A stretch of DNA of 64,000 nt from Eubacteriales bacterium (GTDB taxonomy: Bacteria > Bacillota > Clostridia > Oscillospirales > CAG-272). Shown here piece after piece: positions 1 to 9,462 of this stretch. The position numbers were made by a program, and so were the translations under genes. The stretch is from the NCBI GenBank assembly GCA_045632925.1, contig JAZQXP010000066.1, positions 193,454 to 257,453 of the forward strand, written 5' to 3'. Position 1 is the first letter of the stretch. Each line of letters starts with the position of its first letter. The notes under the pieces are model-generated. The model saw only the letters and a program-made list of their open reading frames with translations, was not told the origin of the DNA and did not search any database.

Positions 1-267
1 TCCCGCGGCGCAAAGAAGGAATTCTTTAGGATAGGAGATCAGCGAACCACGGACCTTAAGCGACGCGCCGAAGAGTCCGACGTCAAGAGACCTGAGCGGT
101 ATTCCGAGTATGAGCGCGGCGAGCATATGACCCGATTCGTGAAGCACAGCCGCTCCGAGCGAGGGCAGGACGATCCCGACGGGCTGAAATATAAGCATCA
201 GCGCGAGTATCAGCGCGGGCAGAATGCCTATGCGTAGTATTTTTGCGCCCGAGGTTTCATTTTTCAT
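1..267 (-). CDS. M50-family site-2 metalloprotease (SpoIVFB-like), 5' part only; gene continues beyond the window start
   Basis: Not in the ORF track (no stop inside the window). Reverse complement of 1-267 reads MKNETSGAKILRIGILPALILALMLIFQPVGIVLPSLGAAVLHESGHMLAALILGIPL..., giving TM segments plus HExxH (HESGH). AAGGAG SD lies about 7 nt upstream of the ATG at 265-267. Confidence 0.55.
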   Translation of the reverse strand, partial: MKNETSGAKILRIGILPALILALMLIFQPVGIVLPSLGAAVLHESGHMLAALILGIPLRSLDVGLFGASLKVRGSLISYPKEFLLCAAG

Positions 268-358
268 ATATACACTCCTTTTTTTGCCGAAAAATATTGT
301 GTTTGGGTTCTTTTTATGATAAAATATATAGAAATATTGCAAAGGAGTATGACAATTT

Positions 359-1000
359 ATGGCTTTTTCGAATATAAAATGGATCTTTTTCGATATGGGA
401 CACACTCTGCTCGACGAGGACGAGGTACACATCGCCCGTCTCGAGGAGCTGAACGAGGAGCTTGGCGGTGCTCTGCCGCCCGCAGAAGATCTGCTTGCCG
501 AGATGATCGAATTCGGCACAAAGGGCGCGCGCAGTCCCTTCGGATCGGTAGCTAAAAAATACGGTGCGAAGAGACATTATCCCTACAGCCCCGCGCTCGA
601 GGTGCCCTTCCCGGAGACCGAGGAGACTCTGCGCAAGCTTTCCGCGAAATACAAGCTCGGCATCATTGCAAATCAGCGCGGAGGCTCGGCTCACAGACTT
701 CAGGCGCACGGCTTGATGAAGTACATAGATTTCGTTTATTCGAGTGAAGAAATGGGACGCTCAAAGCCCGCACCCGATCTTTTCCTCTCCGCTCTTGATA
801 CTCTCGGATGTGCGCCCGAGGAGGCTTGTATGGTCGGCGACCGCATCGACAACGATATCCGTCCCGCAAAGCGTCTCGGCATGAAAACAGTCCGTCTGCG
901 CCAAGGATTCTTCAGAAACCGTGCCCCCGAATGCGAATACGATATTCCCGACGCGGATATCGAATCTATCGGTGACCTTCCGGCAGTCTTCGGATTATAA
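359..1000 (+). CDS. HAD-superfamily hydrolase
   Basis: ORF track, 213 aa. N-terminal WIFFDMGHTL (motif I-like) and C-terminal MVGDRIDNDIRPAK (motif IV-like). Confidence 0.7.
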   Translation: MAFSNIKWIFFDMGHTLLDEDEVHIARLEELNEELGGALPPAEDLLAEMIEFGTKGARSPFGSVAKKYGAKRHYPYSPALEVPFPETEETLRKLSAKYKLGIIANQRGGSAHRLQAHGLMKYIDFVYSSEEMGRSKPAPDLFLSALDTLGCAPEEACMVGDRIDNDIRPAKRLGMKTVRLRQGFFRNRAPECEYDIPDADIESIGDLPAVFGL

Positions 1001-1040
1001 AAAAATCATGCAAAATTGACAAAAATATTTAAAATTCCTA

Positions 1041-1069
1041 TTGACAATCACTTGACCGTGTGATATAAT
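1041..1069 (+). promoter_or_regulatory. sigma-A type promoter for the DUF1836-nfeD-flotillin operon
   Basis: TTGACA (1041-1046), 17 nt spacer, TATAAT (1064-1069), preceded by TGa (extended -10). Confidence 0.6.
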
Positions 1070-1109
1070 ATTCGCAGATGATAAAATATTCGGAAAGGAG
1101 TACTGAAAA

Positions 1110-1697
1110 ATGAATCTTCAAATCAATGAAGAGCTTATCCCCGGTACGATACTGAACCGCAAGGAAATGGGTGACGTTACCGGTCTTGAATTCCTCAACA
1201 AGATCTTCTACATTTCGGACGGAGTTATGCTTACACAGATCCGCGAGATCTCGGGCATCGACGGCTCCACCCTGCAGAACTGGACAAAGAGAGGTTGGGT
1301 TGCCAACGCAAAGCTCAAGCGTTACAACATCGATCAGGTGGCTCACATTCTGATCATCAATATGCTTCGCTCCTGCATGCAGCTCGATAAGATCGCATTC
1401 CTCGTTTCCTACATCAACGGACGCGTATACGATCAGTCGGACGACATCATCCGCGATTCGCAGCTTTACGATTATATCTGCCGTATCCTCGACAAGCTCA
1501 TGAAGGTCGGCGAGATCTCAACGCAGAATACCACTCTCCGCGACACAATTGAAAAGATCACCTCGGATTATGAGGAAAAGGTCACGGGAGCGAGAAGACG
1601 CCTCAACACGGCTCTTGAGATCATCATCATAGCATACTACGCCTCGATCATCAAGTCGCATTCGGACAGAATGGTCGATAAGCTGATGCTCAGTTAA
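1110..1697 (+). CDS. DUF1836-like protein (MerR-like HTH)
   Basis: 195 aa. The segment TQIREISGIDGSTLQNWTKRGWV...YNIDQVAHILIINMLRSCMQLDKIAFLVSYING matches my recollection of the DUF1836 family. The family call is from memory, not searched. AGGAG SD is present. Confidence 0.5.
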   Translation: MNLQINEELIPGTILNRKEMGDVTGLEFLNKIFYISDGVMLTQIREISGIDGSTLQNWTKRGWVANAKLKRYNIDQVAHILIINMLRSCMQLDKIAFLVSYINGRVYDQSDDIIRDSQLYDYICRILDKLMKVGEISTQNTTLRDTIEKITSDYEEKVTGARRRLNTALEIIIIAYYASIIKSHSDRMVDKLMLS

Positions 1698-1741
1698 TTG
1701 CATCCGGCGTTTATTCTCTCACACGGAAAGGAAGGTCAATT

Positions 1742-2332
1742 ATGATCAATTGGTGGAATGAACTTGATCTGATACAGCAGATCTTTGCACTTATCGCACT
1801 TCCCTCTACTGTTCTTATCGTTATCCAGACGGTACTCCTGCTTATCGGCATAGGCGGCGAGTCGGACACCGACGTCGACGTTGACGACGTTGACGGCATC
1901 GATCTGCCAGACGACGGTCTTGCTATCTTCAGCGTCAGAGGAATCCTCTCGATGCTCTGTATCACGGGTTGGGTTGCCGTCGCGCTTCTCGAGACCTCGC
2001 TTCCCGCGGGCGTTTCGATTGCGATCGCGATCGCTTGCGGTATTGCTACTCTCATCGGAATGGCATACCTGATGCGCGCCGTAAACAAGCTTCAGTCAAG
2101 CGGTAATATCGACATCGGCAACTGCATCGGTAAGATCGGTGAGGTCTATATTCCGATTCCCTCCTCGGGCAACGGATCGGGCAAGGTAAACCTTACGGTT
2201 CAGGAAAAATTCAGCGAATTCACCGCTATCACGACATCGGGCGAGCAGCTCAAAACGGGTGCATTCGTTCGCGTTGTTGCGGTAAGTGAAGCGGGCGTGC
2301 TTGTGGTCGAGCCCATAGACAAAAAAGACTGA
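1742..2332 (+). CDS. NfeD-family membrane protein
   Basis: 196 aa. TM helices, an acidic linker (ESDTDVDVDDVDGIDLPDD) and a C-terminal OB-like beta domain (GKIGEVYIPIP...GKVNLTVQEKFSEFTAI...VRVVAV). Lies upstream of a flotillin gene, as in yuaF-floT. Confidence 0.7.
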   Translation: MINWWNELDLIQQIFALIALPSTVLIVIQTVLLLIGIGGESDTDVDVDDVDGIDLPDDGLAIFSVRGILSMLCITGWVAVALLETSLPAGVSIAIAIACGIATLIGMAYLMRAVNKLQSSGNIDIGNCIGKIGEVYIPIPSSGNGSGKVNLTVQEKFSEFTAITTSGEQLKTGAFVRVVAVSEAGVLVVEPIDKKD

Positions 2333-2372
2333 CCGCGAAAACAATCTATAATTATTCGTCAAAGGACACAAA

Positions 2373-3131
2373 ATGAACTACACGCGACACAAAAAGTATT
2401 TTGAACAGCATCTCAGCACGGCACCGATCATAATATCCGCCGCATGCTTCGCCATCGGCTTCCTTATGGTCGTTTTCCTCGCAAACACACGCGGTATGCC
2501 CTCCTATCTCATGACCTCGGGCGGTCTTACCCTGATCGCTGTCGGCGCGGCGATATTCGTCGTCCGATCGGCTAAGAAGATCCCCGACGCAGAGGTTGAC
2601 GAGGTCACCGAAAAGCTTTACGAAAGCTTCAAGACCGATTTCAACGACAAGTTCCTCGCGGTCAACATCCGTTCGATCAGACAGGAAATGACACAGCATT
2701 CAAGCGGTCCCAAGCCCGAGCCCGTGACATTCGGCACCTACTGCTTCGAGGGTGCGGACATTCTCGCAAAGAAGGGTAATGACGGAAAGAGCCGTTCATC
2801 GGTCTACTCGATGTCGGGATTCGTTCTCAAGCCCGACGTGATCTGTCTTGCCGAGCGCGAGATCTCGCTGATCTCCGATGAGGATCCCATCCCCGGCGAC
2901 TTCAAGCAGTTCAAGTACACCGAGCTTGGAAGCGCTTCTCTCCAGAAGGTTCCCGATAAGGTCGGCTACGAGGGCTTTGCAAAATACAGACATCTTAGGA
3001 TTGTGGACAATGACGGCGAGGCTGTAATGGAATTCCCCATCCTCGGCGACGCGGCTGCCGACAGCTACGTAAACGATATAAACCTCCGCATCACACGCGC
3101 AAAGGAAAAAGCAAACAAAGAAGCGGAATAA
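2373..3131 (+). CDS. hypothetical two-TM membrane protein with a soluble C-terminal domain
   Basis: 252 aa. Two N-terminal hydrophobic helices. I recognise no motif. Tightly packed between the NfeD and flotillin genes. Confidence 0.5.
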   Translation: MNYTRHKKYFEQHLSTAPIIISAACFAIGFLMVVFLANTRGMPSYLMTSGGLTLIAVGAAIFVVRSAKKIPDAEVDEVTEKLYESFKTDFNDKFLAVNIRSIRQEMTQHSSGPKPEPVTFGTYCFEGADILAKKGNDGKSRSSVYSMSGFVLKPDVICLAEREISLISDEDPIPGDFKQFKYTELGSASLQKVPDKVGYEGFAKYRHLRIVDNDGEAVMEFPILGDAAADSYVNDINLRITRAKEKANKEAE

Positions 3132-3195
3132 AAAACGCTCCGCAAATTATACTATAGTAATGATTTAAAAATAAAATATAGAAAGGAATTTCATC

Positions 3196-4623
3196 ATGTT
3201 CGGATTCAATGCACTTCTCTCCTCGGGCGGAATCTCCGAGGCGGTACCGATGATCGTTATCGCGGTAGTGGCAATTCTCTTTGCCTTTGTAGTTCTCATA
3301 GCTTCGCGCTATAAGAAATGTCCTTCCGACAAGATCATGGTCATCTACGGTAAGGTCGGCACAAACAAGGACGGCACACAGCGTTCGGCTAAGTGTATCC
3401 ACGGTGGTGCGGCATTCGTAATTCCCGTATTTCAGGCTTACGAGTACCTCGATCTGACTCCCATGTCGATCCCCGTTGACCTCACAAACGCCCTCTCGCA
3501 TCAGAACATCCGTGTTGACGTTCCCTCCAGATTTACCGTTGGTATCTCCACCGACGTCGGCGTAATGCAGAACGCGGCTGAGCGTCTTCTCGGTCTCAAG
3601 CTCGTTGAGATCCAGGAGCTCGCAAAGGATATCATCTTCGGTCAGCTCCGTCTCGTTATCGCAACGATGGACATCGAGGAGATCAACACAGACCGTGACA
3701 AATTCCTTGAAGCGGTCTCCGGAAACGTTGAAACCGAGCTTAAGAAGATCGGTCTCCGACTCATCAACGTTAACGTAACCGACATCAGTGACGAAAGCGG
3801 ATACATCGCCGCTCTCGGTAAGGAAGCAGCCGCTAAGGCTATCAACGACGCTAAGATCTCTGTTGCTCAGGCTGACAGAAACGGTGCGATCGGTTCCGCA
3901 ACCGCAGAAAAGGATCAGCGTATCAGCGTATCCCGCTCCAACTCCGAGGCTATCGCGGGTGAAAACGAAGCTAAGGTAAAGATCGCCGAGTCCGAGGCTA
4001 CACGTCGTGAGCACGAGGCAGAGGCTAACAAGCGTGCGGTCGCAGCCGAGAATATTCAGGCGGCTCGCGCACTCGAGGAATCCTACGTAGCACAGCAGAG
4101 AGCCGAGGAAGCCCGTGCCCTCCTTGAAAAGGCAAAGCTCGAGGCTGACGTCCTCGTCAAGGCTGAGATCGCAAAGCGCGAGCTCGAGCTCCAGGCTGAG
4201 GCAGAGGCTGAGCAGATGCGCCGCCGCGCACGCGGTGAAGCTGACTCCATCCGTATGAAGATGGAAGCAGAGGCTGCCGGTGCACGCGAGATTCTTATCA
4301 AGCAGGCAGAAGGTCTTACCTCCATCGTTGCCGCTGCAGGCGGAGACGCAAACGCAGCTATCAGACTTATGGTCACCGACAAGCTCGAAGAGCTCACCAA
4401 GATCCAGGTCGGCGCGATCTCGAACCTCAAGATCGACAAGGTCACCGTTTGGGACAACGGTCAGAGCGGCGCGGACGGCAAGTCCTCCACCGCAGGCTTC
4501 GTTTCGGGACTTTACAAGTCCGTTCCTCCCCTCACCGAGCTTTTCGATATGGCAGGCATGCAGCTTCCCGAGTACCTCGGAAAGCCGAAGGCAGAGCCCG
4601 CAGAAACTGTCGAAGCAGAGTAA
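3196..4623 (+). CDS. floT: flotillin (SPFH/band-7 domain protein)
   Basis: 475 aa. N-terminal hairpin helix, SPFH core, then a long Ala/Glu-rich coiled coil (EAEANKRAVAAENIQAARALEESYVAQQRAEEARALLEKAKLEADVLVKAEIAKRELELQAEAEAEQ) typical of FloT-type flotillins. Confidence 0.85.
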   Translation: MFGFNALLSSGGISEAVPMIVIAVVAILFAFVVLIASRYKKCPSDKIMVIYGKVGTNKDGTQRSAKCIHGGAAFVIPVFQAYEYLDLTPMSIPVDLTNALSHQNIRVDVPSRFTVGISTDVGVMQNAAERLLGLKLVEIQELAKDIIFGQLRLVIATMDIEEINTDRDKFLEAVSGNVETELKKIGLRLINVNVTDISDESGYIAALGKEAAAKAINDAKISVAQADRNGAIGSATAEKDQRISVSRSNSEAIAGENEAKVKIAESEATRREHEAEANKRAVAAENIQAARALEESYVAQQRAEEARALLEKAKLEADVLVKAEIAKRELELQAEAEAEQMRRRARGEADSIRMKMEAEAAGAREILIKQAEGLTSIVAAAGGDANAAIRLMVTDKLEELTKIQVGAISNLKIDKVTVWDNGQSGADGKSSTAGFVSGLYKSVPPLTELFDMAGMQLPEYLGKPKAEPAETVEAE

Positions 4624-4637
4624 ATTTAATAACAAAA

Positions 4638-4664
4638 AGCTGTCTCTTCGGAGGCAGCTTTTTT
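4638..4664 (+). terminator. rho-independent terminator after the flotillin gene
   Basis: agctgtctc-ttcg-gaggcagct 9-bp stem followed by TTTTT. Confidence 0.8.
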
Positions 4665-4665
4665 G

Positions 4666-4806
4666 AGTGCAGAGTTAAGAGTGCAGAATGCAGAGGTGTT
4701 GAAAATTTCCTCACTTCGTTCGAAAATTATTATTATATTAATTACTTTTCGAGCAACGCGAGAAAAGTTTCCGAAACTCTGCACTCTGCATTCTGAACTC
4801 TGCACT
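4666..4806. repeat. long imperfect inverted repeat (30-nt arms of AGTGCAGAG/AATGCAGAG-type 9-mers) around an AT-rich ~80-nt core
   Basis: Left arm 4666-4695 is agtgcagagttaagagtgcagaatgcagag. Right arm 4777-4806 is ctctgcactctgcattctgaactctgcact. Read as a hairpin, 27 of 30 positions pair. Confidence 0.8.
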
Positions 4807-4881
4807 AATTATATCTTATTCGGAGCCGGAAGCAAAAAACTACATTTTTCGCCCTTATTTTAAAGATATTTTAAAAAACTA

Positions 4882-4910
4882 TTGCATTTTATCTGATTTT
4901 TTGATACAAT
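4882..4910 (+). promoter_or_regulatory. promoter of potABCD
   Basis: TTGCAT, 17 nt spacer, TACAAT with TGa extended -10. A leader of about 155 nt follows. Confidence 0.5.
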
Positions 4911-5070
4911 ATAATCGGAAACTGCGGTACGTAGGTACACTCGGCTTTTTTTGCCCGTCCATGATCGTCTTTTCGGCGGTTTTGGGGCGGATAATGCGCT
5001 TTTTTCCGATGTGTGACATAGACCCGTTCCGGAATTTTTTTATTATTTTAATCTAAAGGAATTTTGCGGA

Positions 5071-6192
5071 ATGAACAACGAAAAGCTTATAGAGCTGCGC
5101 GGAGTCTCTAAGTCTTACGACGGTGAGACCGTTCTTTGCTCTATCGATCTCGACATTCATGAGCACGAGTTCATCACTCTGCTCGGCCCCTCGGGTTGCG
5201 GCAAGACCACGACCCTTCGTATCATCGGCGGCTTCGTCACTCCCGACGAGGGAAAGGTTTACTTTGACGGTAAGCTCATAAACGAAATCCCGCCCCACAA
5301 GCGTCCCGTTAACACGGTCTTCCAGCGGTACGCTCTCTTTCCCCATCTGAACGTATTTGAAAACATCGCGTTCGGTCTGCGAATCAAGAAAACTCCCGAG
5401 GAGGAGATCCGCGAGCAGGTCAAGGAAATGCTTGCAATGGTCAACCTCAAGGGCTTTGAGCGCCGCCGCGTCGATAGCCTTTCTGGCGGTCAGCAGCAGC
5501 GTGTTGCGATCGCGCGCGCTCTTATCAATAAGCCGAAGATACTGCTTCTCGACGAGCCTCTCGGCGCGCTTGACCTCAAGCTCCGCAAGGATATGCAGGT
5601 TGAGCTGAAGCGTATGCAGAGACAGACGGGCATCACCTTCATCTTCGTTACTCACGATCAGGAGGAAGCCCTCTCGATGTCGGACACAATCGTCGTTATG
5701 GCTGACGGTAAGATCCAGCAGATCGGCTCTCCCGAAAAGATATACAACGAGCCCGAAAACGCATTCGTTGCCGACTTTATCGGCGAATCGAACATCCTTG
5801 ACGGCGTTATGCTCGAGGACTACAAGGTCCGCTTCTCCGGCAACACCTTCACCTGTGTGGACAAGGATTTTGCGCCCAAGGAGAAGGTCGATATCGTCGT
5901 CCGCCCCGAGGACGTTGACGTCGTTCCCGTTGATAAGGGAATGCTCACGGGCACTGTTTCCTCCGTCACCTTCAAGGGCGATTATTACGAGATAATCGTT
6001 GACGTCGGCGGCTTCAAATGGATGCTCGAGACCTCCGACTACGTTGCTCCCGAGGCAACGATCGGTCTCCACATCGAGCCCGAGGCAATCCACGTTATGA
6101 AAAAATCCGAATATTCGGGCAAATTCGGAGACTACTCCTCTTTCAGCGACGAGCTTGAACAGCTCTCCGATCCTGAGGAGGAAGAGGAATGA
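5071..6192 (+). CDS. potA: spermidine/putrescine ABC transporter ATP-binding protein
   Basis: 373 aa. Walker [10 protein letters not shown], signature [15 protein letters not shown], Walker B ILLLDEPL, and a C-terminal TOBE-like regulatory domain. ATGA overlap with potB. Confidence 0.9.
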   Translation: MNNEKLIELRGVSKSYDGETVLCSIDLDIHEHEFITLLGPSGCGKTTTLRIIGGFVTPDEGKVYFDGKLINEIPPHKRPVNTVFQRYALFPHLNVFENIAFGLRIKKTPEEEIREQVKEMLAMVNLKGFERRRVDSLSGGQQQRVAIARALINKPKILLLDEPLGALDLKLRKDMQVELKRMQRQTGITFIFVTHDQEEALSMSDTIVVMADGKIQQIGSPEKIYNEPENAFVADFIGESNILDGVMLEDYKVRFSGNTFTCVDKDFAPKEKVDIVVRPEDVDVVPVDKGMLTGTVSSVTFKGDYYEIIVDVGGFKWMLETSDYVAPEATIGLHIEPEAIHVMKKSEYSGKFGDYSSFSDELEQLSDPEEEEE

Positions 6193-7040
6193 AAAAAGGC
6201 TCACTCTTCCAGAAATTAGCCGCGGCTCCGCATATTCTCTGGGCGATCATGTTTATCGTCTTCCCGATGATATTCGTGCTCTTCTTCGCCTTCACCGATG
6301 CGGACGGCAATTTCTCCTTCTCAAACATCACCTCGCTTTCTCAGTACGGACACGTTTTCGTGCTTTCGATCGCGTTTGCTCTTATCGCAACCGTCGTCTG
6401 CCTTCTGATCGGCTATCCCTTGGCATACTTCATGTCCAAGCAGTCACCGCGTGCGCAGAAGATTCTGATGGTGCTCGTTATGCTCCCGATGTGGTGCAAT
6501 CTGCTCATCAGAACCTACGCGCTGATGGCACTGCTCGACAACGGCGGACTTCTCAATTCCTGGCTTACCTCGCTCGGGCTTGACAAGCTTTCGATAGTCG
6601 GAACGAATTTCGGCGTTATCCTCGGTATGATCTACGATTTTCTGCCCTATATGGTGCTCCCGATCTTCACGGCTATGACCAAGCTTGATCCCAAGTTCAT
6701 CGAGGCATCGCAGGACCTCGGATGTACGTCCTGGCAGACGATGACCCGCGTTATCATGCCTCTGACCGCTTCGGGCGTTATCTCGGGCATTACGATGGTA
6801 TTCGTACCCTCGATCTCCACCTTCTATATCTCGCAGAAGCTCGGCGCGGGAAAGATTGATCTTGTCGGTGACACGATCGAGCGTCTTTTCCAAAATCCCT
6901 CGACCTACAACGTAGGCGCGGCGATCTCGCTTGTTATGATGATCCTTATCATCATCTCGGTTACGATCATGAATCGCTTCTCGGATGATAAGCAGCCCGC
7001 CGATCCCAAGACCGGCAAGGGAGGAGGTATCATGCCTTGA
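6189..7040 (+). CDS. potB: spermidine/putrescine ABC transporter permease
   Basis: 283 aa, multi-[13 protein letters not shown]-loop motif. Translationally coupled on both sides. Confidence 0.85.
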   Translation: MKKGSLFQKLAAAPHILWAIMFIVFPMIFVLFFAFTDADGNFSFSNITSLSQYGHVFVLSIAFALIATVVCLLIGYPLAYFMSKQSPRAQKILMVLVMLPMWCNLLIRTYALMALLDNGGLLNSWLTSLGLDKLSIVGTNFGVILGMIYDFLPYMVLPIFTAMTKLDPKFIEASQDLGCTSWQTMTRVIMPLTASGVISGITMVFVPSISTFYISQKLGAGKIDLVGDTIERLFQNPSTYNVGAAISLVMMILIIISVTIMNRFSDDKQPADPKTGKGGGIMP

Positions 7041-7840
7041 AATTCCTCCAGAGATCCTATATTTTCTTAGTATTTCTTCTGCTTTATATTCCGATAATCG
7101 TACTTATCGCCTTTTCCTTCAATGAGGCGGGTAGCCTTGCGGAATATTCTGGCTTCTCTCTCGTCTGGTACGAGGAGCTTTTTCACGATGAAGAGGCTTT
7201 GACGTCTCTTCGCAACTCGCTTGTGCTTGCGGTATCTTCCTCTCTCATCGCAACCGTCATCGGTACCTTTGCCGCTCTCGGACTCCACAGAATGAAAGCA
7301 AAATGGCTCAAGGGCGCGGTCAATACCGTAACCAACATCCCAATGATGAACCCCGATATCGTTACGGGCGTTTCAATGATGCTTCTCTTCGTTGCCGTTG
7401 CGGCGATTCTCAATCTTCAGGATCTTTTCGGCTTCGGAACGATGCTGATAGCACACGTGACCTTCAACCTTCCCTACGTTATCCTCTCGGTAATGCCGAG
7501 ATTCAAGGCTCTTGACGTCTCTCTTTCGGAGGCGGCGCAGGATCTTGGATGCACTCCATCTCAGGCGTTTTTCAAGGTTGAGCTTCCCGAGATCGTTCCC
7601 GGAATCGTTTCGGGTCTTATGCTCGGTTTTACGATGTCTCTTGACGACTTCGTCATCAGCCATTTCGTAAGCTCGCCCGATTTCCAGACCCTTCCCCTCT
7701 ACGTTTACAACCAGACCGCGCACAACGTAAAGTTCAGCATGTACGCGCTTTCGGCTCTTATTGTCGTCGCGATTCTTATCATTCTGCTCGTCGTCAACTT
7801 CGCGGGCTCGTTCGGTAAGAAGAAAGGAGGCGCGAAATGA
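7037..7840 (+). CDS. potC: spermidine/putrescine ABC transporter permease
   Basis: 267 aa, TTG start overlapping the potB TGA, EAAQDLGC motif, GGAGG SD. Confidence 0.85.
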   Translation: MKFLQRSYIFLVFLLLYIPIIVLIAFSFNEAGSLAEYSGFSLVWYEELFHDEEALTSLRNSLVLAVSSSLIATVIGTFAALGLHRMKAKWLKGAVNTVTNIPMMNPDIVTGVSMMLLFVAVAAILNLQDLFGFGTMLIAHVTFNLPYVILSVMPRFKALDVSLSEAAQDLGCTPSQAFFKVELPEIVPGIVSGLMLGFTMSLDDFVISHFVSSPDFQTLPLYVYNQTAHNVKFSMYALSALIVVAILIILLVVNFAGSFGKKKGGAK

Positions 7841-9075
7841 GACGGATCCGTTTTGCCGCGCTTTTCGCGGTCGCAGTTATCATCCTTCCGCTTCTTCTCT
7901 CCTCCTGCTCCGGCGACGGAGTGACCGAGACCGCTACCCTCTACGTTTACAACTGGGGCGAGTATATCTCGGACGGCTCGGAGGGCTGTCTTGATTCGAA
8001 TGCCGCCTTTGAGGAATGGTATCTCGAAAACTACGGCGTGAAGGTCAAGGTCAATTATTCGACCTTCTCAAGCAACGAAAGTCTTTACGCGAAGCTCAGC
8101 TCGGGATCGGTAAGCTACGACGTTGTCGTTCCGTCCGATTATATGATCGAGCGTCTTATCGCGGAGGATCTTCTGGCACCTCTCAATTACAATAATATTC
8201 CCGATATCGGAAATATTCTTCCCGAATTCTGGGGCGAGACGAGCGAGCATTCGGCTCACGACCCCGGGAACGTCTACTCTGTTCCCTATCTTTACGGTAT
8301 GATCGGTATCATCTACAACACCACGATGGTTGAGGCCGACGATCCGAGTCTCGGAAGCTGGGAACTTATGTGGGACGAAAGACACGCGGGCAACATTCTG
8401 CAGTTCAACAACTCGCGCGATGCCTTCGGCAGTGCGCAGTATCTTCTTGGTCTTGACGTAAACTCGGACAGCGAGGCTGATTGGCGTATGGCTCTTGACA
8501 AGCTCAAGGAGCAGAAGCCGATCCTCCAGGGCTACGTTATGGACGAGATCTACAACAAAATGGAGAACGGCTCTGCGGGAATTGCGGCGTACTATGCGGG
8601 CGACTACCTCGCTATGTACGAGAATAACCAGGACCTTGAGTTCTTCTATCCCGAGGAGGGCACGAATCTTTACGTTGACGCGATGTGCATCCCCAAGTCG
8701 AGCAAGAACAAGGAGATCGCCGAGCGTTACATCAACTTCATGCTCACCGAAGAGCCCGCTATTGCGAACGCGGAATATACTTATTATGCTTCTCCGAACC
8801 GCCTCGTTGTCGAGAGTGAGGAATACATCGAATACATGGGCGAGATAAAGGAAGACGCCTATGAAAAGATGTACGCGACCGACAGCGTCAAAACATCTAC
8901 CTATGAAAACCTCAGCGGCGAAAAGCTCATTCTCATCAATCAGCTTTGGGAGGAGCTCAAATCCGATATCGAGATCAGCACGGGCATCTACGTCATCTGT
9001 GGCGTGATACTCGCGGTGCTTCTCTCGCTTGGAGCATATTTCGGAGTGAGAAACAAAATAAGGAACAACTATTAA
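7837..9075 (+). CDS. potD: spermidine/putrescine-binding lipoprotein with an extra C-terminal TM helix
   Basis: 412 aa. Lipobox LLLSSC, PotD-like YVYNWGEYI, and a C-terminal hydrophobic helix IYVICGVILAVLLSLGAYFGV. Confidence 0.8.
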   Translation: MRRIRFAALFAVAVIILPLLLSSCSGDGVTETATLYVYNWGEYISDGSEGCLDSNAAFEEWYLENYGVKVKVNYSTFSSNESLYAKLSSGSVSYDVVVPSDYMIERLIAEDLLAPLNYNNIPDIGNILPEFWGETSEHSAHDPGNVYSVPYLYGMIGIIYNTTMVEADDPSLGSWELMWDERHAGNILQFNNSRDAFGSAQYLLGLDVNSDSEADWRMALDKLKEQKPILQGYVMDEIYNKMENGSAGIAAYYAGDYLAMYENNQDLEFFYPEEGTNLYVDAMCIPKSSKNKEIAERYINFMLTEEPAIANAEYTYYASPNRLVVESEEYIEYMGEIKEDAYEKMYATDSVKTSTYENLSGEKLILINQLWEELKSDIEISTGIYVICGVILAVLLSLGAYFGVRNKIRNNY

Positions 9076-9091
9076 AGAGGAGAGTTTTGAT

Positions 9092-9277
9092 CAAACTTTT
9101 TCAAAAGTTTGCGGTTTCTTAAGGCAGAGCCTTAAGTCGCCCTCCGCAGAGGGCGAAAACGGTTGCCTCCGGCAACCACGCAAGCTTCGCTTGCTCTCCC
9201 CATATGCTTCGAACCGGCGGCGCCCCTGCCGACGGTTCGGACAAAGAATAAGCCTTGCGCCAAAAAGCGTAAGGCTT
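9092..9277. repeat. array of seven consecutive short GC-rich stem-loops
   Basis: Hairpins at 9092-9111, 9118-9136, 9138-9155 (cgccctc-cgca-gagggcg), 9161-9177, 9180-9194, 9208-9241 and 9250-9277. Confidence 0.75.
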
Positions 9278-9317
9278 GTTCTTTGCCAATAAAAATAAAT
9301 AAAATTCTATTTTGCTA

Positions 9318-9346
9318 TTGCATATTCTCGCTCTTTATGATATAAT
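9318..9346 (+). promoter_or_regulatory. promoter of tRNA-Arg
   Basis: TTGCAT, 17 nt spacer, TATAAT with TGa extended -10. The tRNA 5' end lies about 11 nt downstream. Confidence 0.6.
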
Positions 9347-9356
9347 TATATAGTAC

Positions 9357-9431
9357 GCCTGCATAGTTAAATGGATATAATAGCCCCCTCCTAAGGGGTA
9401 GTTATGGGTTCGATTCCCGTTGCGGGTGCCA
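9357..9431 (+). tRNA. tRNA-Arg (anticodon CCT)
   Basis: Hand-folded cloverleaf of 75 nt. Acceptor gcctgca/tgcgggt (two G-U pairs), D arm gtta/taat, anticodon stem gcccc/ggggt with loop cTCCTaa, T arm atggg-ttcgatt-cccgt, and an encoded CCA. Confidence 0.85.
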
Positions 9432-9434
9432 AAA

Positions 9435-9462
9435 AGACCGAGTCGCAAGACTCGGTCTTTTT
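9435..9462 (+). terminator. terminator after tRNA-Arg
   Basis: agaccgagtc-gcaa-gactcggtct 10-bp stem followed by TTTT. Confidence 0.85.

Noticed and set aside
4698-4775. A shared 9-mer AATTTCCTC plus an ATTATTATTA run in the AT-rich segments inside or next to the inverted repeats at 4666-4806 and 20388-20485. This suggested a common internal sequence.
   Set aside because: A single 9-mer plus low-complexity AT repeats between two ~100-nt AT-rich segments is close to chance expectation. The third module (53886-54051) does not share it convincingly.
4911-5070. The ~155-nt potABCD leader, considered as a candidate riboswitch or attenuator.
   Set aside because: I cannot match it to any riboswitch class. 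The only stems before the T-run are 5 bp with large loops. The evidence is insufficient.
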